Source: Nitrospirota bacterium
GTDB lineage: Bacteria > Nitrospirota > Thermodesulfovibrionia > Thermodesulfovibrionales > Dissulfurispiraceae
NCBI GenBank assembly: GCA_963710375.1
Contig: CAVPZX010000002.1
Coordinates: 256,001-320,000 of the forward strand
Direction of reading: 5' to 3'
DNA: 64,000 bases
Notes under the pieces: generated by a model
What the model saw: the letters and a program-made list of their open reading frames with translations, nothing else
Database searches by the model: none
What the model was told of the DNA's origin: nothing
Part shown: piece after piece, positions 57,956 through 64,000 of the stretch
Layout: every line of letters begins with the position of its first letter
How positions within the stretch are numbered: position 1 is the stretch's first letter
Position numbers and translations under genes: made by a program

Positions 57956-58180
57956 TTAAACGGATTTATTTTCCGCCACAGTCTCCTCTGCTTTTTTATT
58001 TTCGGCTGTTTTAGTCTCGATCATCGGCTGCTTCTCGGCATCAGATAAAGCTTTTTTAAATTCTCTTATACTTTTTCCAAGACCCGCGCCGAGTTCTGGA
58101 AGCTTGCCTGGTCCAAAAACTACCAGTGCTATAACCAGGATGATCAGCATATGCATAGGTTGAAACAAACCTTCAAACAT
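57956..58180 (-). CDS. tatA: Twin-arginine translocase TatA/E, second copy
   Basis: VVFGPGKLPELGAGLGKSIREFKK. Confidence 0.92.
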   Translation of the reverse strand: MFEGLFQPMHMLIILVIALVVFGPGKLPELGAGLGKSIREFKKALSDAEKQPMIETKTAENKKAEETVAENKSV

Positions 58181-58314
58181 TGTAACTTGCCCCCCTTTCC
58201 GTCACTTGATCTACATAATATTTTATAACTCTATCATCACAATCGTCAAATGCTATTTAAATTTTATATGAACTATATAAGTTATTTTTATAGATATGGC
58301 TGTGCTGCCGCCCT

Positions 58315-59070
58315 TTATGATTGGACGCCTTCGGATACAGTATTTTCTGTTTGTCTCATGATCCATACAGTCCCAAATTCACCATCCTGATATGAGCGCG
58401 CAAGCCCAAGCCGTAAAATTTCGAGCAATGCCAGGAAGGTGACAATAAGCTCCACACGTGAGTTGTCTTCGCTGAAAAGGGCTTCGAAGCGTGTTGTATG
58501 CTCCGCCCCAATTTTTTCAAGAATAAATGCGATTTTATCCTTCACGGTCAATGTTTCCCGCGATATGCTCATGGCTTCAGGCGGGGCTTTTTTCAGAATT
58601 TTTTGGAGCGCACCCATGAGGTCAAATATATTTACTTCAAAAAGATACGGTCCAGTCTCTGCCGGCAGATCGTCAATCGTTAGAGGCTCACGTGAAAAGA
58701 CATTTGTCCAGATACTTTCCCTATCCCGCAGCGTAGCGGACGCCTCCTTAAACGCCTGGTACTCAAGCAGCTTCTGCACAAGGCCGGCCCTCGGATCTTC
58801 CTGATCTTCCGATTCGATGGTCTCATCGGGAGGCAGCAGCATCCTCGATTTTATATAGATGAGCGTAGCAGCCATGACAAGAAATTCCGAGGCAATCTCC
58901 AGATTCAGTTCTTTCATGACTTCAATATACTCAAGGTACTGCCCGGTTATCTGTGCAATAGGAATATCATAGATATCTATCTTGTTATGCTTGATCAGAT
59001 GGAGGAGAAGATCGAGAGGCCCCTCAAACAGGGGAAGCCTTATGCTGTAAGCATTAGTAGAATCGTCCAA
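58315..59070 (-). CDS. scpA: Segregation and condensation protein A
   Basis: FEGPLDLLLHLI, IKSRMLLP, TFLALLE. Confidence 0.94.
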   Translation of the reverse strand: MDDSTNAYSIRLPLFEGPLDLLLHLIKHNKIDIYDIPIAQITGQYLEYIEVMKELNLEIASEFLVMAATLIYIKSRMLLPPDETIESEDQEDPRAGLVQKLLEYQAFKEASATLRDRESIWTNVFSREPLTIDDLPAETGPYLFEVNIFDLMGALQKILKKAPPEAMSISRETLTVKDKIAFILEKIGAEHTTRFEALFSEDNSRVELIVTFLALLEILRLGLARSYQDGEFGTVWIMRQTENTVSEGVQS

Positions 59071-59955
59071 TTATGGAATAACCTTGTTTAACGGGTACTC
59101 AACAATGCCCGAGGCGCCCGCACTCTTGAGTTTGGGGATTATGTCCCGCACCGTTTTTTCATCAGTGATCACATCAATAGCGTACCACCCCGTATCTGAA
59201 AGACATGAAACTGTCGGAGAGTGCATCGCGGAAAGCAGGCTCAACACTTTTTTAAATGTCTTTTCAGACACGTTCATTTTCAGCCCGACCTTTTCTTCGG
59301 CGGCAAGTGCTCCTTGCAAAAGCAAGGCGATGTTCTCCATCTTCCGCCGCTTCCACCTGTCCTGCCAGGCCCTTTTATTGGCTATAAATCTGGTAGTAGA
59401 TTCAATCATGGTCTCAATGATTCTCAGATTGTTCGCCTTTAATGAAGTGCCGGTCTCTGTAAGCTCTACGATGGCATCTGCAAGCTGCGGCGGCTTCACT
59501 TCGGTAGCACCCCATGAAAAGTCCACATCAGCCTTGATCCCTTTTGATTTCAAGTACCTCTTCGTAAAACCGACCAGTTCGGTAGCAACGCGCTTTCCAT
59601 CGAGGTCTTTTATGGTTTTTATCTTTGAATCCACAGGGACAGCGATTACCCAGCGCACCGGCCTGAACCCTTCTTTTGCGTATAGCAGTTCTGCGACCTC
59701 AACAACATCGGCATTCTGCTCAAGCACCCAATCGCGTCCTGTCAAACCGCAGTCCAGGTGGCCGTCCTCAACATAACGCGCCATTTCCTGGGCCCTGATG
59801 AGCATGGAAGTGATATCAGAGTCGTCGAAAACAGGATAATACGAACGAGCGGAAACGCTGATATGGTACCCCGCCTTTCTGAACAGCTTGAGCGTCGATT
59901 CCTGCAGACTCCCCTTGGGAAGCCCGAGTTTCAATAAATGCTTGTTGTTAATCAT
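59071..59955 (-). CDS. hisG: ATP phosphoribosyltransferase, long form
   Basis: GLPKGSL, SWGATE, TETGTSL, C-terminal regulatory domain. Confidence 0.95.
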   Translation of the reverse strand: MINNKHLLKLGLPKGSLQESTLKLFRKAGYHISVSARSYYPVFDDSDITSMLIRAQEMARYVEDGHLDCGLTGRDWVLEQNADVVEVAELLYAKEGFRPVRWVIAVPVDSKIKTIKDLDGKRVATELVGFTKRYLKSKGIKADVDFSWGATEVKPPQLADAIVELTETGTSLKANNLRIIETMIESTTRFIANKRAWQDRWKRRKMENIALLLQGALAAEEKVGLKMNVSEKTFKKVLSLLSAMHSPTVSCLSDTGWYAIDVITDEKTVRDIIPKLKSAGASGIVEYPLNKVIP

Positions 59956-60064
59956 AAGTTAATTATTTTAAAGCTTTAAACAAATTGTGTCAATCGACCG
60001 TAGCAATACATAGACGACTGCCCTGTGGTGAATGGCAAACCGGCGGTGCTATACTATTATAATT

Positions 60065-61153
60065 GTGAAGGCTTCGGGAATAACTATTCAAGAAAATCAC
60101 CCGCTCAGGGAATTGACGACATTTAAGATCGGAGGCGCGGCACGCTACTTTGCCGAAGTCACCTGCGAGAATGAAGTTACTGAGGCTCTTGCGTTCGCAA
60201 CAGGACGTAAACTTGATATTTTTACGCTCGGGGGCGGCAGCAACCTTCTCATAAGCGATAACGGGTTCCCCGGCCTTGTCATTCATAATAAGATAACCGG
60301 ACTTGCGAGCCGCAGGAATGGCGACAGCGTGCTGGTAACGGCCAATGCAGGGCATGATTGGGATGCCTTTACGAAATTCTGTACTGAACATAACTGGCAA
60401 GGTGTCGAATGCCTTTCTGGCGTTCCCGGCACGGTCGGCGCCGCACCGGTCCAGAACATCGGCGCATACGGTCAGAGTGCGGAAAACGTTGTCGAAGAGG
60501 TCCGCACCATTGATATTAGCACCGGCGCTACGGCCATATGGGGCAACCAGGAATGCGGGTTTGGATACCGGAAAAGCATCTTTAATACAGTAGCCGCAGG
60601 ACGATATATCATAACCTGCGTTACCTTCAGGCTCGCCGCATCTCAGTGTCCACTTCTTACCCACCATGATCTGAAACACTATTTTTCGTCAACGGCAAAC
60701 GTTACCCCGGCTCAGGTGAGGGATGCCGTGCTCGAAATAAGAAATTCGAAAGGCCTGCTGGTCCTTGATGGATACGAACGCCTCAACAGCGCCGGTTCGT
60801 TCTTTAAAAACCCTTTAGTTTCACATGACCTGTTTGAACGCGTTGAGAAATCAGTTCACGACATGGGCGGATGCGAGAACTGGTGCTGGCCCCAGCCTTC
60901 AGGAGAAGTGAAGATATCCGCAGCTTGCCTGATTCAGACAGCAGGGTTCATAAGAGGATATCGCCGGGGCAACGTCGGCATATCGCCCCGACATACGCTG
61001 GCCATCATAAACTATGGAAATGCGACAGCCGGCGAGGTCATCGCCCTTGCGCGACAGGTACAGGAGCGAGTCCGGGAAAAGTTTGGGGTTACGCTCAACC
61101 CTGAAGTGCAGTGTATTGGCATAGAGCCCAACGCTCTGTTAAATGACAATTAG
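60065..61153 (+). CDS. murB: UDP-N-acetylmuramate dehydrogenase
   Basis: TTFKIGG, GGGSN, PGTVGAAPVQNIGAYG, AGSFFKNP, PEV. Confidence 0.94.
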   Translation: MKASGITIQENHPLRELTTFKIGGAARYFAEVTCENEVTEALAFATGRKLDIFTLGGGSNLLISDNGFPGLVIHNKITGLASRRNGDSVLVTANAGHDWDAFTKFCTEHNWQGVECLSGVPGTVGAAPVQNIGAYGQSAENVVEEVRTIDISTGATAIWGNQECGFGYRKSIFNTVAAGRYIITCVTFRLAASQCPLLTHHDLKHYFSSTANVTPAQVRDAVLEIRNSKGLLVLDGYERLNSAGSFFKNPLVSHDLFERVEKSVHDMGGCENWCWPQPSGEVKISAACLIQTAGFIRGYRRGNVGISPRHTLAIINYGNATAGEVIALARQVQERVREKFGVTLNPEVQCIGIEPNALLNDN

Positions 61154-61249
61154 CAATATAGACTGAGTCATAAATGTTATGTTATATTAGTGCGTTATGA
61201 TGAGAATCCCACATAGACCGATCTAAAAATATCTGCGAGGAGTCAATCA

Positions 61250-62116
61250 ATGTATAAAATTCTGGAAAAACAAGTATTGAGTGATGTTGTTAAACTCATG
61301 GTCATCGAGGCCCCTCATATTGCGCAAAGGGCGAAAGCGGGCCAGTTTACAATCGTGCGGATCGATGAGCAGGGAGAGCGTATTCCCCTTACAATAGCAG
61401 ACTATGACTCGAAGAGAGGAACAATTACTATTATATTTCAAGAAGTTGGACAATCGACAATGCATTTGGGCACACTCAATGTTGGAGACTCTATTGCCTC
61501 ATTTGCCGGACCTCTTGGCCATCCTACTGAAATCGAAAATTTAGGCACCGTTATCTGCATGGGCGGAGGCGTGGGAATTGCTCCCATCTATCCAATTACC
61601 CGAGCTCTTAAGCAGGCAGGCAATAAAGTCATATCCATTATAGCCGCAAGGAACAAGGACTTGTTGTTCTGGGAAGACAAGATGCGCGCTGTGTCCGATG
61701 AATTACATGTATGCACTGATGACGGTTCTCACGGACGAAAAGGTCTGGTTACGGATCCACTCAAAGAAATCCTTGAATCTAAAAAAGAGAATATTGCAAA
61801 AATCTGGGCAATAGGCCCGGCGATCATGATGAAATTCGTATCGCTGACCACAAAACCTTTTAATGTTCCCACTATTGTCAGCCTGAATACTATAATGATA
61901 GACGGCACCGGAATGTGCGGCGGGTGCAGGGTGCTCCTCGATGATGGCGCAAAGTTCGTTTGCGTTGACGGACCAGAATTCGACGCCCACAAGGTGGATT
62001 GGGGCAGTCTTATGTCCAGGTTGTCTTACTACCGTGATGAAGAGAAGGCAGCGGTAGAACACTGGAAGGAGCACAAATGCAAGCTCGACAAAGCAATAGC
62101 TGAGGGAGGGAAATAG
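61250..62116 (+). CDS. nfnA: Electron-bifurcating transhydrogenase small subunit NfnA
   Basis: GERIPLTI, GGGVG, MIDGTGMCGGCRV, CVDGPEFD. Confidence 0.9.
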   Translation: MYKILEKQVLSDVVKLMVIEAPHIAQRAKAGQFTIVRIDEQGERIPLTIADYDSKRGTITIIFQEVGQSTMHLGTLNVGDSIASFAGPLGHPTEIENLGTVICMGGGVGIAPIYPITRALKQAGNKVISIIAARNKDLLFWEDKMRAVSDELHVCTDDGSHGRKGLVTDPLKEILESKKENIAKIWAIGPAIMMKFVSLTTKPFNVPTIVSLNTIMIDGTGMCGGCRVLLDDGAKFVCVDGPEFDAHKVDWGSLMSRLSYYRDEEKAAVEHWKEHKCKLDKAIAEGGK

Positions 62117-63565
62117 ATGGCCAAGTTAGATCCTAAAGAGAGAATGAAAATACCCAGGCAGCCTATGCCGGAACAGGATCCGACAATACGCAGTGCAAAT
62201 TTCGAGGAAGTTACCCTTGGTTATGATGAAGCAACTGCACGCAAGGAAGCTGAGCGCTGCCTGCAGTGCAAGAAGCCGGGTTGTACGGTTGGATGTCCTG
62301 TCGGCGTGCGTATTCCCGAATTTATACTTGCAGTGCGCGAAGGCAACATGCCCAAGGCTGTTGAAGAAATGAAAGTAAAAAACAACCTGCCTGCGATCTG
62401 CGGAAGGGTCTGCCCGCAGGAAGTGCAGTGCGAAGGCAAGTGCATTCTGACTAAGAAAGGCAAGGCTGTTGCCATAGGCCGTCTGGAGCGCTTCGTAGGC
62501 GATTACGAGCTTGCCCATCGCACATGCCCGCTGACTGCCGCGCCTGCAACCGGCAAGAAAATCGCCGTAGTAGGCACCGGACCTGCGGGATTGACCTGTG
62601 CAGTTGACCTTGCAAGAGAGGGTCATAAAGTCACCATGTTCGAGTCGCTCCACGGTCCGGGCGGAGTCCTTGTTTACGGCATCCCCGAGTTCAGGCTCCC
62701 CAAGAAAGTTGTTTTCGGAGAGATTGACTATGCTGTTGAGTGTCTTGGTATTGACGTCAGAAGCGATCATATTGTGGGCCGTTCTATTACATTGAATGAA
62801 CTGCTCGGGGATTACGACGCGGTATTCCTGGGTACCGGCGCCGGATTGCCTTCATTTATGCGCATCCCCGGCATAAACCTTAACGGCGTTATGTCCGCAA
62901 ATGAGTTTCTCACGCGCGTAAATCTTATGAAGGGATACCTCTTTCCTAATTACAGTACGCCCGTTAAACTCGGGAAAAAAGTGGCGGTAGTCGGCGGCGG
63001 CAACGTTGCTATGGATGCTGCCAGGTGTAGTAAACGCATGCAGGCAGTCCAGGCAAAGCAGACCGGCACCGAGCCAGGCGAAGTGCACATTATATACCGC
63101 AGGTCTAAAGAAGAGGTGCCGGCACGTGCCGAAGAGTTCCATCATGCAATAGAGGAAGGCATTATATGCGATCTCCTGACCAACCCTGTCGAGATAATAG
63201 GTGATGAGTCGGGTAAGGTGTCAAAGATACGTTGCATCCGCATGGAACTCGGAGAGCCTGATGCGAGCGGCAGGCGCAAGCCGGTCCCGATAGCGGGCTC
63301 GGAGTTCGAGATGGACATGGATACCGTAATCTTTGCGCTCGGCACTAGTCCAAACCCCATCGTCTTCGTTGATGCTGACGGTCTCGAAAGAACAAAGCAC
63401 GGCACTGCGGTTGCCGATGCGGAAACCGGAAGAACAAGAAAACAGCGTGTATGGGCCGGCGGAGACGTCGTTACCGGAGCGGCAACTGTCATCAGCGCAA
63501 TGGGCGCAGGCAAACGTGCCGCAGCAGATATGCATAAGTTTTTAAAAGGCGAAGCACCCTGGTAA
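62117..63565 (+). CDS. nfnB: Transhydrogenase large subunit NfnB (GltD-like)
   Basis: RCLQC..C..GCP, CGRVCPQE.QCE, YGIPEFRLPK, GAATVISAMG; coupled to nfnA. Confidence 0.9.
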   Translation: MAKLDPKERMKIPRQPMPEQDPTIRSANFEEVTLGYDEATARKEAERCLQCKKPGCTVGCPVGVRIPEFILAVREGNMPKAVEEMKVKNNLPAICGRVCPQEVQCEGKCILTKKGKAVAIGRLERFVGDYELAHRTCPLTAAPATGKKIAVVGTGPAGLTCAVDLAREGHKVTMFESLHGPGGVLVYGIPEFRLPKKVVFGEIDYAVECLGIDVRSDHIVGRSITLNELLGDYDAVFLGTGAGLPSFMRIPGINLNGVMSANEFLTRVNLMKGYLFPNYSTPVKLGKKVAVVGGGNVAMDAARCSKRMQAVQAKQTGTEPGEVHIIYRRSKEEVPARAEEFHHAIEEGIICDLLTNPVEIIGDESGKVSKIRCIRMELGEPDASGRRKPVPIAGSEFEMDMDTVIFALGTSPNPIVFVDADGLERTKHGTAVADAETGRTRKQRVWAGGDVVTGAATVISAMGAGKRAAADMHKFLKGEAPW

Positions 63566-63590
63566 TCACCGGGACTTCTTCAAAATAAAG

Positions 63591-63632
63591 CAAAAAAACC
63601 CCCTGCCTGTAACCAGGCAGGGGGTTTAATTT
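63591..63632. terminator. Bidirectional rho-independent terminator
   Basis: AAAAAAACCCCCTGCCTG-TAAC-CAGGCAGGGGGTTT between convergent genes. Confidence 0.85.
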
Positions 63633-63644
63633 TATTTGCTGAGT

Positions 63645-64000
63645 TTAAAACCCTAAATGCGGCTTTGCACCCTTTTCAATTTCACGGCGTGCAGCCATAT
63701 CCATAAGCACACGCTCGGTGCCGAACTTGCCTGGATCATACTTCTTCAGCTTGAGTTCCGCCCTTGCATTGTCTATGAAGTTAAGTGTCATATCAAGTAT
63801 CTTCTCAATGTTCGGTTCAAAGACAAAGCAGCCTTTGAATCTCTCCATCCATTGATTGGTCATCATGTCTGTAACTCCCTTGCCGGCAGCGAAGATGTTG
63901 TCGCCCCCGAATATGACCGGGCATCCCGAAGCAGCGCAATAAGTTGCAATGGCAACCGCCTTTTCCGACATCCACTCAGGCGCAATACCAACTGCAGGCA
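63645..64000 (-). CDS. cooS: Ni-containing carbon monoxide dehydrogenase catalytic subunit, C-terminal part
   Basis: AVGIAPEWMSEKAVAIATYCAASG, the CooS C-terminal signature; runs off the right edge. Confidence 0.85.
   Translation of the reverse strand, partial: PAVGIAPEWMSEKAVAIATYCAASGCPVIFGGDNIFAAGKGVTDMMTNQWMERFKGCFVFEPNIEKILDMTLNFIDNARAELKLKKYDPGKFGTERVLMDMAARREIEKGAKPHLGF

Noticed and set aside
62117..63565. Glutamate synthase small subunit
   Set aside because: No gltB is adjacent, and the gene is coupled to an NfnA-type gene, so NfnB fits better

Overview
A 64 kb chromosomal window from an anaerobic sulfur-cycling bacterium; gene content suggests Nitrospirota, class Thermodesulfovibrionia (inference only). 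The centrepiece is a co-oriented minus-strand sulfate-activation cluster, adk-sat-aprBA-(YkgJ x2)-(HSDR_N)-qmoABC-hppA. Housekeeping genes include rpmE, prfA, prmC, rpsO, pnp, recN, aroD, parA, dusB, scpA, hisG, murB, nfnAB, the 3' end of cooS, two tatA copies and three tRNAs (Ala-CGC, Gln-CTG, Glu-CTC). Accessory DNA includes an IS481-like element with inverted repeats and a target-site duplication, an IS21 remnant, a ~180 bp palindromic MITE-like element, and a secreted Cys-rich repeat protein. A 3.1 kb island at tRNA-Glu carries an interrupted SIR2-like gene, a BrnT-type TA pair and orphan antitoxins. At the left end a TonB-dependent receptor with a structured attenuator-like leader is divergent from an internally duplicated Met/His-rich exported protein, a candidate metal-handling module. 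Hairpins built from short tandem repeats with 6, 7 and 8 nt units recur, one inserted in frame in prmC. Five genes carry single +1 insertions that are most likely assembly errors. No CRISPR array or rRNA was seen.
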